Source: Azolla caroliniana
Lineage: Eukaryota; Plantae; Polypodiophyta
Reading direction: 5' to 3'
NCBI GenBank assembly: GCA_043228905.1
Contig: JBHGNT010000001.1
Location: 22,940,001-23,004,000 of the forward strand
Length of the DNA stretch: 64,000 bases
In this document: piece after piece, positions 13,792-25,733 of the stretch
Layout: each line of letters opens with the position of its first letter
Position numbering within the stretch: the first letter of the stretch is position 1
Position numbers and translations under genes: made by a program
The notes under the pieces: model-generated
Told to the model about the DNA's origin: nothing
Databases searched by the model: none
What the model saw: the letters and a program-made list of their open reading frames with translations, nothing else

Positions 13792-14610
13792 ATGATTTCA
13801 AAAGGTTAACAGCGGGAAGGGATGACTCTCTTATGGATTGCATTTTGCTTTAAAGGCTCTTTCCCTGACATTTTTCTCTGGTTATGTGGACTGTTTTACC
13901 TTATTTACACATCACTTCTCCATATTTTGATTCTCTTGTGAAGAACCCAAGACAAATTCGAGAAGTAAAACACATATTAATTCATAATTCTGTGTTTGAA
14001 TTGTATTCAGATGGCAATGGAAGAAAATGCGTTTAGAGAAATTGATCCCATTCATGACATTTCCAGCTTTATGCACCTAACGTTTTCTTTATTTACAAAG
14101 AGATCCAGACCTTCGACTCACAAATATGAATAGGCTCAATCAAATACCAAGTAGCCTATGGTATGTTCTAGTCATAAATTGTTTCCTAAGGTATGTATGT
14201 CTCCGGCTATGTAAACAAGTTAATCCAAAAGTTTGCACTAATTGAGCCAATAGACAATGATAATATAACATAATAATTACTAATTAATTCAACGAATTTG
14301 CGGGATTTTTTTAATCAAATCAAGTTGATAGTTAAAATGGAGGGGTATTTAGGGTAGGAACCATATGGGTATCCAATAAATTAAGCGAAAACTTCATACA
14401 ATCTCTACAAATTCCGTTCTATAATGGATGGCCTTGTATGGGAAATTGTGTTGCATGCATGCCACATATGAAGGACTAATTTCTAGGCCATTCCTTTCCA
14501 TAAATGTATGGATGCGTGCTTGAGATGATAGTAGTAATGGGAAAAATAACTTATACTCTTATTGTGAGATTTGTGATTAATATTGTGCAAATAAAATAAG
14601 GAAGAAAGTG

Positions 14611-16299
14611 TGTTAGACCACCCGACTAACCCCTACCGAAGGTGAGAGACAGATTTGAAGGAAGATATGAACAGATATGTGGAAGAATATGTGTGAGGAC
14701 TTATCGTAGGGTGTACAGCAAACAACACAGAAACGTAACAAGAGAAGAAACAAAAGATAGACTTAGATTCGAGCTTCAATGGAAGTTCTTATTCTCTCTT
14801 TTTCTGTAACTCTTTCTCTCAAAAACTCACGAAGATTATCGTTACAATGTAAGGGTTGAGCTTATATACTCAAGCCCTAACTCCAAGACACGTTCACACT
14901 ATGGATACAAAGTAGAAGAAGTTGGCCTTTTATGCCAACAAACTCCCTCGTAAAAGGGCAACTCTTTCCTATGTATACAAACCCCCATACACCTAGATTA
15001 CAAGTCTAATCTTAAGTTGCAAGTATACATACAAGTTTGTCGGCATTCAACCGAATTTGCAGAGGTAAACTCGGGATCTAGCTTGATTCGGCTAGTTGTC
15101 CAGATTGTATGTCATCCGGGTCGACTTGTCTAAGTCGGTCGGATCGACTTGCGTTCGAATAGGCTCATTTGTTTGAGTTAGCTCATGTCTGATTCTGACT
15201 CTCGGCCTTGGGTCGATTGTCTGTTATCCGCTCGTGCTTGTTCCTATGCTCTTCACAGGATCCTCGATCTGTGTTCAGGTTCGTTCTTCCTTCGATCAGT
15301 TCCTCTCCTGTCAATATCCTCGCTCAATGTTGAATCTTCGTTCTCTTGACATAACGTTTTCATGGACATTTTGCCTTTTCGGCCCGCCCGATTGGGCCGA
15401 TCTTCGACTTTCCTTCTGCTCCTCGTTCGATGCTCGTTTGCTCGGTCAGAAGTCAGTTGACAGTCGGTGTAGCCAAATAGCTCTCTTCACTGCCTCTGAT
15501 GTTGCTATGTACCCAATCTCTGTGGTAGACAGGGTTGTGCACTCTTGAAGCTTTGATCTCTATGATATGGCATTGCCACCATAGGTGAATATGTAGCCTG
15601 ATGTTGACTTTCGATTGTCCGTATTTTTGGCATAGTCAAAGTTAGTATAGCCTTCGACTTTAGTCGAATTTGCCGATCCGAAAGTCAGTTGTGCATCTTC
15701 GTTTCCTCTTAGATACCTGAATATGTGCTTGATGGCCTCCCAATGCTTCAGTCTTGGGTTTGACATGTACCAATTGACGACTCCTACGACATATGCAAGG
15801 TCAGGTCGGGTCGCCACCATCGCATACATGATACTTCCTACAACCGATGCGTAGGGTATCTTTCTATTGAGCTTTCTTTCCTCTTCCATTGAGGGAGAGT
15901 CTTTATCCGATAGTCGGATCGACGTCGGAAGTGGTGTTGGTGTTGGCTTCACATTCTCCATGTTGAAGCACCTTAACACCTTTCGGATGTAGTCGGACTG
16001 GGAGAATCGGGGAATCTTTGTCTTCCAATTTTGCTCGATCCTCATGCCCAGTATGTGGCGGGCTTGTCCAAGTTCTCTCATCGCGAACTTGTCGTGAAGG
16101 CTCCGCTTTAGCTTTCCGATTTCGGCTTGATTGCTCCCTGCAATCAGCATGCGTCGACATATAGTATGAGACTGATCCGGGACTCGTTGGCCAGTTGCCA
16201 AATATACATGCATGGGTCGGGAGTCGGACTAGTGGTAACCAAGCTGCCTGATGTAGGAGTCGAACTTCTGGTACCACATCCTTGACGCTTGTTTTAAGA
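14611..16299 (-). mobile_element. Decayed Ty1/copia 3' part (RT, RNase H, probable 3' LTR from 14611); continues at 31464-31921 beyond nested insertions
   Basis: ORF 15560-16213 has IPYASVVGSIMYAMVATRPDLAY and RKSTSGY. LKQASRMWYQKFDSY lies at about 16255-16299. The upstream RT part (VVKMTTLRLLL) is at 31478-31762. Confidence 0.8.
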
Positions 16300-17371
16300 T
16301 GTTGAGTAGACAAGCTCAACCAAATCTGGATCGGTTGAATAAGCCGGAGTTGGATCAGTATCCGAAACCAAGAGCCAGATCGGATTGTAACCGGTAGGCC
16401 GTTAGAGGCCTACGTTCCTAGCCTAGTACACAGGCATATGTCTTGGAGTCAATGTTAGTCACTCATATGAGCATTGAAGAACATGTCAGTACTTCTGTCA
16501 GTCCTTTTAAGGACTGGTATTAAAGTGTTCTTTGAACACATTGTATGTACAGAGTGATATTTTGAAATTGAGTTTATGTTGTTCTGCTCTCTCTCTGTCT
16601 CTCCTTGTAACACCGGGTCATTTGAAACAGGTAATATGTCGTATTCTCTTTTGGCATAGTTGACCAAATGTAGAAAAGTACCCTATTTTAGCCTGATATC
16701 AAAAATATACGATGCATGCGTACCCCTTTTGCGACTTGATAGTTAAATATAGAACAAAAAAAACCTAGCAATTACTAAATTGTATATGTGTCCACATTCG
16801 TGTCAATTTGCATATCATGGAGCACAATTGAAGACTTGGTTCAATATAAAGTTCTAAAATTGGTATCCATATTCAAATTGTAGAGTAAAACTACATAAAC
16901 CGTAATTATAAATATGTGGTTTTGGGTTTAGGAATAAAGTAGTACCCCACTTGTTGGACGGGTATATCGATAGTTTCATTGTATAATGTCATATAGTTCA
17001 TGACAATGTAATTGGTAAGAGTAACAATTACGTACGACATTCATTTATACTATGTGGAACCAGTAGACTTGAACCGTAGGTAACTAAAAACCTCTTATTA
17101 TCAAAAACATTCGCCTTTTCATATACAGTCATGCTAACGGAAATGAGAAATTACGATATCATGTTAATATCTCAAACTGAAGAAGAGCATGGTGACCAAT
17201 TATATGTAAATACAAACTACGGTTCCAATAATGATTAAAAAGGGAAATTATGAACAGGTGAATTTAATTAAACGATAAACAATTACAGATGTTCTCATAT
17301 ACAAATATAATATGAAGTGATGGTGAACATTATGCCTCAAAATCCTCAATTTTTACATTACGCCATCTACA

Positions 17372-20300
17372 TCAATCTATAAGCAAATTAGGCAGAGCAG
17401 GCTCCTCTGGCGCTGATTGTTCTAGACTGTTTTCATTCGTGTCATCTCCAAGCTCTCCCAAATCTGATGTATGGTCAAATTGTGCTACATCTTCCAGGTC
17501 CACCAGCTCCCCTGCTTCTTCATCAATTGGTTCCATTGGTTCTCGTGAAGTCATCTGGAACATCTCTGTCTCGTTGATGTGTTTTGCTCCGACTTCTTGA
17601 TCCTGATCTGGACAGTCCCAGATTCCTGTGATCCTCATTTTGATGAAGTTAACTTGAGCAGGGTCCTTCTCCAATGCAACACAGTTTCTAAACATCTTCA
17701 ATGCACAAGTTGTCATTGTACCTAATGGTCGCATGAACACAAACAAGTATATATAAGAAGTAACGTCTTAAACTTGATCGACAGGATTGAAATTAAATAT
17801 ATATATATTATACCTGTGCCAGAGAACAAGTTTAGGACCCAATCATCTGGATTCGAGAAGAGCTCTATGAGGCGGTTGATCAATCTTTGAGGTTTTTGAT
17901 AAGGGTTCACCATACTTTTATCCCCTGACACATGTCTTAATTTTTGGTTACAGCTGGGCACATGATGTAGTTAACCACGTTACGCTCATTGACATGTGCT
18001 CTAGCCTTCTTCTTTGTAATTGAATCATAGTAGCCCACACAAAAATGTTCGACCGCACTAACCATTCGATCACCAGGGCTACGTGTAATATTTGTTTTGA
18101 TCCTATAGAGAAAGAAAATCAAGTATTAGAGGTGTAAATGTGTACATATAATAAGAAGTACTGTAATGAGTAAAAGCGAACTATAACGCACCAATGCATG
18201 TGTTCAATGGCATGACAATGGGACTTCAAAGCTGTTGTGACTAACAGTGATTGCCCCATGCTATGAAATATGACTATCCTCCACAAGGGGGCCAATGTCA
18301 GTTCTGCGAAATCCTTTACCATTTTCTCGATCTGAGGGTACTTGAAAGGCCCATCATCATATGTTGATCCCGCAATACGGAAACCATATGGTATGTCAGC
18401 TATCAGCAAAGTGTAGTGCCTTCTCGGTAACAGTTCGAGCATCTGGGATACTTCGCCATTGAAAACACTATAATGAAGTTGTTTGAAAGGATCGGACCTA
18501 TGCAAAAAACTCTTTACAGTCTCCGAATCCTCGGGCAGTTCCATTTCCTTCCCTTTGGTCATTCTCTTCTCATATTTCGCACGTTCTAAGTGCGTGATGA
18601 AGGCCGCTGGAATACCGTCATTATTGTCGTTGTTCTTTTTCGATTTTGATGGTTTCTGCAAGTGTCATTGTTGTTAGCAGGGAACATTAGTTTCTAACAT
18701 ATCAACATTCAAAAGACACATACCCATTCTCTAAATACAATAAAATATTCCTCCAATGCCTTGTAGGAAGAAGTTATCGGGCAGGCTTGTTCAACTTCTT
18801 CCCATGTCGGTAAACTCAGTTTTTGCATCATCAACTCTTGAATCTTCATGTATACCTTGTGACTGCACAATCAATATGAAATTAGAAATAAGATATTCAA
18901 AATAATTGAAGACTTTTATGAAAAGGTATACTATAAACACTTACTTTTGCAAGTCTGTTACCATCTCGTCCAAACTAAATTCCTTGGCGACCACTCGAGA
19001 TAGCACGGATATTAACAATCTATCATCTTTGATACCTTGTAATGATCTCCAAGGTAAAAGTTTCATGTCCTCTGCTAACTCCTCGATTACCAAGTCGCTT
19101 TTTCCCTTGGTCTTTGATTTCATCTCAACTTGTGGATCAATTCTTCCCTTTTTTTATCTTTGCCCCTTGACTTCTTTCCGCTCCCACATAAAGAATATTT
19201 TGTCTTGGAGATCCCACACCTCTCCGGTCTGAAAAGCTAGTTGAAACCAAGAATCATATTTTCGGAGACCTTCGGATTTGGTACTCTCATCCACTGCAAT
19301 CCCTACTTCCAATAAACATTGGCGTCGCAATCCAAGCCACAATCTTGGACCAAAACGATTCAAGGCATCCAGGTATTCATGATGAAAAAATCTTATCCTC
19401 TCTATACATGACATCTTTTGCCTATAATCATTGTCATTGTTATGGTCCCATGCGAGCAGCTTCGCCTCCTCGTGAGTTAGTCCTGCATATACCTTACATT
19501 CGGCGTACTTGAAGAACGACGTGAGAGGATATTCTTTGACAAGCTGTCGTCGAGTTTCGGCCAAATGTGATCCTCTGATTACATAGTATGTGTAATCGTC
19601 TGCAGAGCTATACTTGAAATCTGCTACTGTTGGGCATTGTTCTTGATCAACCATTACCAAAAATGGCACCACAGTAGCATGAGGATTGATTTTCATTTTG
19701 CTTTTCAGGTTTTGCACATGGACGGAGTGCGGCTCCCTAATTTCCAAGGGATGTCTTCCAGTCACGGGGTCAATGGGGGGCCTTTGGATAGAAGTAATGG
19801 GCAAATGAAATAGCTGGCCCCTGCGCACAAGTTTAGTCTTCACAATATTTTCTCTTATTTTATTTTGTTCTGACGTCAGGACACCAAAAGATAGTTGTCC
19901 GCCTAGAGCCACGACGTCGACTTGTTGGTCGTCTTCTTCTTCTATGAACTCTAATATTTCTTCTTCTTCTTCTTCGGGTCGTGGTCATTTAGTATATTTC
20001 TTTTGAACAGGATTTGTCTTCCTAGACTTTTTCGGTGGAGTTTCTGCTTCACCGGTCATCATCTCTCCTGTCACGTACGGCCGAAGAGCTACCAACAAGT
20101 TATTTTTCGTTTGCAAGTCTTTACGCAAAGCCTTGGGATTGCAAGATTCGGGTACTAGGTTTCCCTCATCAAGTCGCAATCGCCTGTCGCCAACTGAGCT
20201 CGAGACGTCGATTAAAATACATGTAGAATCAATGTCTTCGTACTCTAGCTTGGTTACATGCCCGTAATTAAATGTTTTTCCAAGCTGAAGTTTCCCTTCC

Positions 20301-20947
20301 CCGTCCGATTTTGCCGTTATCAATAACAACACCCCATCCTCCTCGACATAAGAGAGACACCATTCAAGTTCGGGGTAACCCTTATATTTCACCTCAACCG
20401 TTTTCTCCTCTTGCGTACTACCTTTGTTGATTTTGATAGTAGCCACAGATGACTTGGATCCTCCTTCCCCCGTTGAGTCAAATAAAATCTTTTTACTCGT
20501 GTCCTTGATGAAGGAGCCAAATTCTCGTTTTGTCGGAGATCGAATCTTCAATCTAAATGAAGGAACTTTTTGTCTGGGTTCACTGAAATTAAAAACGTTG
20601 GTGAAAACATGGAAACAACGTACAATTTTATCTAAATCACGCAAATTATCATTTAAATTAGGTCAATTTTATGGTCCCATGCGATAGTTTTTTATCGCAA
20701 AAACAACATTGTTTTCAACCAAAATCCGATGCAGTGCATCGGATTTGCATTGAAAGGCGGGACCTTCAACCAAAATCCGATGCACTGCATCGGATTTTGG
20801 TTGAAGGTCCTACCTTTCAAAATTGCTTTCCAAGTTCGTTGTACAAAATAAAATAAAATTTCTATGTGTTGAGGAAAGGAATCTTTAAGGAATCTTAAAA
20901 AATGTAAAGAATATTACTAACCTGACGATTTTCTTTCCCTTGTTCAT
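17372..20947 (-). pseudogene. Six-exon gene (about 968 aa): ParB-like domain plus beta-class N6A/N4C DNA methyltransferase; 2 premature stops and 1 frameshift
   Basis: Exons 20947-20922, 20582-18945, 18862-18724, 18655-18192, 18102-17814 and 17721-17372, all GT-AG with compatible phases. Motifs in order: LLIADIPYG (IV, DIPY at 18397-18386), WIK...VEHF, VNPYQKPQRLINRLIELFSNPDDWVLNLFSGTGTMTTCALKMFRNCVALEKDP (X-I-II). ParB-like YYVIRGSHLAETRRQL. Stops at 19985-19987 and 19154-19156. A 1-nt loss in the A-run at about 17941-17946. Confidence 0.85.
20750..20820. repeat. Long palindrome (35-bp arms, 25-bp perfect core arms) in intron 1 of the MTase gene, with a partial second copy at about 20714-20746
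   Basis: ttgaaagg-cg-ggaccttcaaccaaaatccgatgca-c-tgcatcggattttggttgaaggtcc-ta-cctttcaa. Confidence 0.9.
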
Positions 20948-22355
20948 GGTTCGTGCCGGAGGTAGTGCTGTCGACGATGTGCTTCTGAGTGCTCGAAAAT
21001 TGGCCTGTGCTCTGAGCTCGATGGATTCTTTCACGTGATAATGAAAATGAAATTTCTAACCTCCTTATATAGAAGACTTTAGCATTCCTTTTAAAATAAA
21101 AAATAATTTTTAATTATTTGTTTTTTAGGAAAATTTCGGAAAATAATATAGTTAATCTAAGTGTTCGGGTAGTTATATAGTTAGGCTTTAGCATTCCTTA
21201 ATTTTCTCAAAAGAAGGTTTTAGAATAGAGTTAGACTCCCTCAAATGTCTTCTTCTACAAGTAGAACATCTCTTTTTTCTATTGCCCCCTTTTCATTGTC
21301 AGACAACTCGTATTTCTCAATAGAAGAGTACGACCACAAAAAACATTCGCAGCTTAAACAGAAAAGTGTGGCTCCTAGTACTTTGAATTCTCTGTTTTCA
21401 ATTGATCCTGTTGATGGCTCTCTTCATGCAAGCTTACAAGCGGACGATTCTTCGTCGATAAATAACAATAGCATTACTAAACCTCTAGCATTTAAAAGAG
21501 TTCCTCGACAAGTTAGTGAAAAGAGATTTAATTTCTTATGTTCTGATCGTCAACTTCTATGCGACTTGAACAAATCGTTGTCGTGCCTTTCGGCTCCGGA
21601 TCGTTGCGTGAGTCGGGTGGGAACCACAGAGGTCTTGGACTAGGAGAAAGAAGTTCGTGAGATAAAGATTAATTATGAGTAAATAGCAAAGAGAAAGATA
21701 AGAAACTCGTGAATCACACGAGTATACTATATTAATTGGTACTTAGGGTGTTAAGAGAGAAGTAGATGTATAAATCGTGAATCCCACGAATAATTTTTGT
21801 ATTGATTAATACTTAATCCAAATAATCAACAACCCTTTATATATTTCTCTCCTCCTTATATAAGGAAGGAAGAGCTAAGCATGGCTTCATGCTTTTTTTT
21901 TTACAAAAAGTGTTCATGTCCACTAAATGTGCATGTGATGCTTTTTTATTTCCTAAGTATAGGGCTCATGCACGCTAGATGTGCATGAGTTATTTTTAGT
22001 GTCTCGTGTTTTTCTTTTTCTTTTTTTTTCATATATTAAAAAAATACACGATTTACCTTTTAATAAAGGTATGCATAAATAAAGGTCTTATACGTATTAA
22101 ATCTATATTTAAAACACTTAAGATAATTTAATGTAATGGTAAGGTTGGGGTTTGTCAACGTGGAGGTGCAGAGTTTGAATCACGCCCTGTGTAGTAGTGA
22201 GTATTTCCTTTTTACATTTATGTCTCTTTATCCGGCTCTTCCTTGCCGGTATGCCGTTTTCTTCCTTGCCGGTATGCCGTTTTCTTCCGGTTCTCACCGA
22301 GCACTCCATTCTCTATCCGGAGGGACAAAAATATAATTTCCACATAGTGTGCAAC

Positions 22356-25300
22356 CTACACTACGACACTCGCCCCCTCCAAACCCGCACATCCTCCGGT
22401 ATGTGCCGAAGTTCTTGATTCTTCGTATCCGTCTTCATCCGAAGCTTCCTCCGATTCTCCCCTTATGTCGACTATGAGTTGTAATCCACTTTCTTCGCTT
22501 CCCGCATCATTGTGGTCTTCGTCCGATTGCTCCTCGTTGTCGGCCTCGACTTGGATCACATAAGGTTTGTCGTCGGTCCGCTTCTTGAAAATCTTCACCC
22601 GCTTCCCGGCTATAGGCACTCGTAGTATTGTTCCATCCAACTCGGACAGTCGGTACGTCCCGTTGTCGAAGACCTTCCGAACCTCGTACGGCCCGAACCA
22701 CCTTTTCGCAAATTTCCGCATCGTTGTATGTTGATGGTCCAAGCTACTATCATAGACGGTCACCCAATCTCCTTCTTCAATCCTCCTCGGTCGTAGTCGG
22801 TGCTTTGTGTTGAACCGGCTTTTGTTCCGGAACCGTGCTTCTTGTTGTCGGCGTGACGCTTCCGCTACATCTTTCGGTCTTCCCTCCAGTTGTCGTATCC
22901 GGACCGCTAGTAGTTCTTCCCGGCTCATCTCTTCCTTCCACGGTAATATTGTCCATGTCGCGATTGCGGTTTCCGTTGGCATTACCGGTGCTTGTCCGGT
23001 CATGAGTTCTGCCGGCATGTAACCGGTCACGGAGCTATGCGTCGTCCGATCCGCCCATAGTGCATACGGAAGCATTTGTGGCCAATCCTTCACCCTTCCG
23101 TCGCATGCCTTCGCAAGTGCTTTCACGATCGGACTATGTCCTCGTTCGATCTTCCCGTTGGCCTCCGGATTGTAGGCCGTTGTCAACGTTAACCGAACTC
23201 CATGTTTGGCGAAGAATCCCCTAGCTTTGTCCGAGTCGAGTTCTCCCCGGTCCGCAATCACTTGTCCTACGCAACCGTACCTACAAAACACTTCTTCCAA
23301 AAGAAATTGGCACACCGCGGCACACGTTTTCCTCCGAAGCGCTCGACCTTCAACTTGGTTTGTGAGATCTTCTCGAGCTAACACCAAGTATTTCTTTTGT
23401 CCAATCCCGGTCGGCATAGCTACAATGTCGACCATCCACTTGAAGTTGATTGTCGGTGAGAATGTCGGATGCAGCTCATCTCGGTGTCGGACCCCGGAGT
23501 AGACTTGACATTTCTCGCAGCTTTCTGTGAACTCCGCGACATCTTTATACATGTTCTTCCACCAATATCTTTGCTTGATTTTCACAAAAGTTGCCCATGT
23601 TCCTCGATGTCCAGCCCAATCGGATTCGTGGAACTCGGACATTATCCGGTTTCGTTGCTCTTTCGTCCCGACTACTCGAAGTGGTATCCCATCCGGTCTT
23701 TTCGGCGTCCTCCATATTAAACCGTTTTCCAAGAAGAACTTTTGGACTTGCCTCTTCTTCCTTCGGATCTCGGCTCTCCTTTCTTTATCATTGGTTGAAT
23801 CCTCGACCTCTTGTAGCATCTTCCCGATCAACAAGGTTTCCCCCTCGTATTCTTCTTCCCGGAATTCTCGGATCACGTTCACTCGGCATATGTGTTCTGA
23901 CGTGAAGTAGTCTTCGGAAACTTCTTCATTATCTGATTCAGTTATGTCGTCTTCAAACCGCGCCCTCGATAACATGTCCGCTACCGCGTTGTCCTTCCCC
24001 GAGATGTGTCGAACCTCCGGATTAAGTGACTTGACATATGCAATCCACCTTAGCATAGCCACATCCGGTATCGTACAACACCGCATCATCCCGAGTATCG
24101 GAAGACAATCCGTCTCGATCACCACTTCAGCTCCGATCAAATAATCCCGATCCGATTTTATCGCCGACATGACTCCCCACAATTCTCTTTTGACTTGTGC
24201 ATATCCGCGTTGCCTTTCGTTGAGGACCTTTGCTCCAAATCGGATCGGATACCGCGAACCATCCGAGTCGGCTTGATTGATGACCCACCCGATACCGGTT
24301 GGACTTGTATCAACCGTTACTATGATTGGCCGCTCGTAGCTTGGCTTCTTAAGTGATTCCGCCCTCCATAGTGTCTTCTTGAGCTTCCTCATGGCTTTAG
24401 TGTGTTCCGGTTTCCACTTGAATTTCTTACCTTTCCGCAACAAGTGATAGAGCGGGTCCGCTATATGTGCATAGTGCGGAATCCATATGTGATAGAATGC
24501 ACACGCACCCAGAAACCTTCGGACTTCCGATGTTGACTCACATACTTCCTTCATAGCTTGAATCGCATCGATCTTTGTTGGTGACGGTCTTCGGCCGTAG
24601 GGTCCACATAGATGTCCGACCACCAATATTTCTTCTTGCCCGAATGCCGATTTCTCCCCGGAAAGTGTTAGGTGCACATCTTCTAGCTTTCGCAACACTT
24701 TCTCGCAATCATGAATATGGTCGACCACGAACTTTCGGCATCCCCGATCATCCATAGTCTCATCTTTTTCTTCCACCGCGCATCCTTTCATCGGAATGTC
24801 ATCTAGAAACGGCATCGTTATCTCCGGAATGCAATCTCGAAGCACCTTGTTCATCGCGTTCATCATATGTGCAACCGAGTTTGTCGCTCCTTGTGGTAGT
24901 GTGCACATTCGAACTAGTCCTATCGGTGTCCGCATGGTAGTGATGTCTCGGCTCTCCACGGCTAGTTGGAATTGGTCATACCCCGAGTATAGGTCCCCGA
25001 TGGAGTATATCGCACGTCTGGCAAAAGCTTCCGCGAATTCGTCCACTATCGGACCGACTCCCGAGTTCCGGATCGTGACCTTGTTCACCGGTTGCAAGTC
25101 TTGGATGAATCGGAGTGACCCATTCCTTTTCGGAACCGTAAACCATCGATTTGAGTACGGAGCACTTGATGGCTCTAGAATCCCCATCGCCACCTTCTCC
25201 TTGAGCAAGTCGATGACTTTCGGAATATGCGCCCGTGGCACCGGAATCGGCTTCAGGTTCCACGGTACATGATCAATCGTGAAAATCACCATCGGCTCCA

Positions 25301-25733
25301 CTATCTTTGGATCAATGCATCCGATCTCCCTCGATGTGAACGCGAATGCTTTGCCATGTTGCTCCAACATCTCTCGAAACCGTTTTTCTTCTTCTTGTAA
25401 GAGGAACCCACCTCCACCGATCCGAAGTTTCTTCCGGGTCTCATCTGTGAAGGCATGTCCGATATCCACGGACTTCCGAAGTGTCGGATCTCCCGAGACT
25501 TCTTTCTTCTTTTGTTCGCTATCGGCGGGTAGTGGTCCCGCGGCCGGTTTCACCTTCTTCTCCACGGTCTTGTATTTCGTACTTACCATTGCTTCTTCTT
25601 TGCGGAGCGCATCCGGCCCCATTTTCGCAACGATCTCGTACATCTCGACCGATTCCACCGGGACTACCCGGTTCCCTTGGCTTTTATCTTCCGCAAGCTC
25701 TTCAAGCCGTTGTAGTGTATTCCCATAGAACAT
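22356..25733 (-). CDS. Gypsy Pol (RT, RNase H, integrase)
   Basis: 1125-aa intact ORF: DLYSGYDQ, LPQGATNS, FLDDIP, VTVDTS, ETDCLP, H-H-C-C zinc finger, WMVDIV, IADRGE, NGKIERGH, RWFGPY. No chromodomain. Confidence 0.93.
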   Translation of the reverse strand: MFYGNTLQRLEELAEDKSQGNRVVPVESVEMYEIVAKMGPDALRKEEAMVSTKYKTVEKKVKPAAGPLPADSEQKKKEVSGDPTLRKSVDIGHAFTDETRKKLRIGGGGFLLQEEEKRFREMLEQHGKAFAFTSREIGCIDPKIVEPMVIFTIDHVPWNLKPIPVPRAHIPKVIDLLKEKVAMGILEPSSAPYSNRWFTVPKRNGSLRFIQDLQPVNKVTIRNSGVGPIVDEFAEAFARRAIYSIGDLYSGYDQFQLAVESRDITTMRTPIGLVRMCTLPQGATNSVAHMMNAMNKVLRDCIPEITMPFLDDIPMKGCAVEEKDETMDDRGCRKFVVDHIHDCEKVLRKLEDVHLTLSGEKSAFGQEEILVVGHLCGPYGRRPSPTKIDAIQAMKEVCESTSEVRRFLGACAFYHIWIPHYAHIADPLYHLLRKGKKFKWKPEHTKAMRKLKKTLWRAESLKKPSYERPIIVTVDTSPTGIGWVINQADSDGSRYPIRFGAKVLNERQRGYAQVKRELWGVMSAIKSDRDYLIGAEVVIETDCLPILGMMRCCTIPDVAMLRWIAYVKSLNPEVRHISGKDNAVADMLSRARFEDDITESDNEEVSEDYFTSEHICRVNVIREFREEEYEGETLLIGKMLQEVEDSTNDKERRAEIRRKKRQVQKFFLENGLIWRTPKRPDGIPLRVVGTKEQRNRIMSEFHESDWAGHRGTWATFVKIKQRYWWKNMYKDVAEFTESCEKCQVYSGVRHRDELHPTFSPTINFKWMVDIVAMPTGIGQKKYLVLAREDLTNQVEGRALRRKTCAAVCQFLLEEVFCRYGCVGQVIADRGELDSDKARGFFAKHGVRLTLTTAYNPEANGKIERGHSPIVKALAKACDGRVKDWPQMLPYALWADRTTHSSVTGYMPAELMTGQAPVMPTETAIATWTILPWKEEMSREELLAVRIRQLEGRPKDVAEASRRQQEARFRNKSRFNTKHRLRPRRIEEGDWVTVYDSSLDHQHTTMRKFAKRWFGPYEVRKVFDNGTYRLSELDGTILRVPIAGKRVKIFKKRTDDKPYVIQVEADNEEQSDEDHNDAGSEESGLQLIVDIRGESEEASDEDGYEESRTSAHTGGCAGLEGASVVV

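Noticed and set aside
17372-18655. Plant C5 DNA methyltransferase (MET1/CMT/DRM) or MT-A70 RNA methyltransferase
   Set aside because: There are no PCQ or ENV motifs. DIPY precedes a QKP...FxGxG block, and the DPPW and ELFAR motifs of MT-A70 are absent.
22118-22418. Duplicated small ORFs (also 28578-28881)
   Set aside because: They are identical only because they lie in the two LTRs, and there is no coding evidence.
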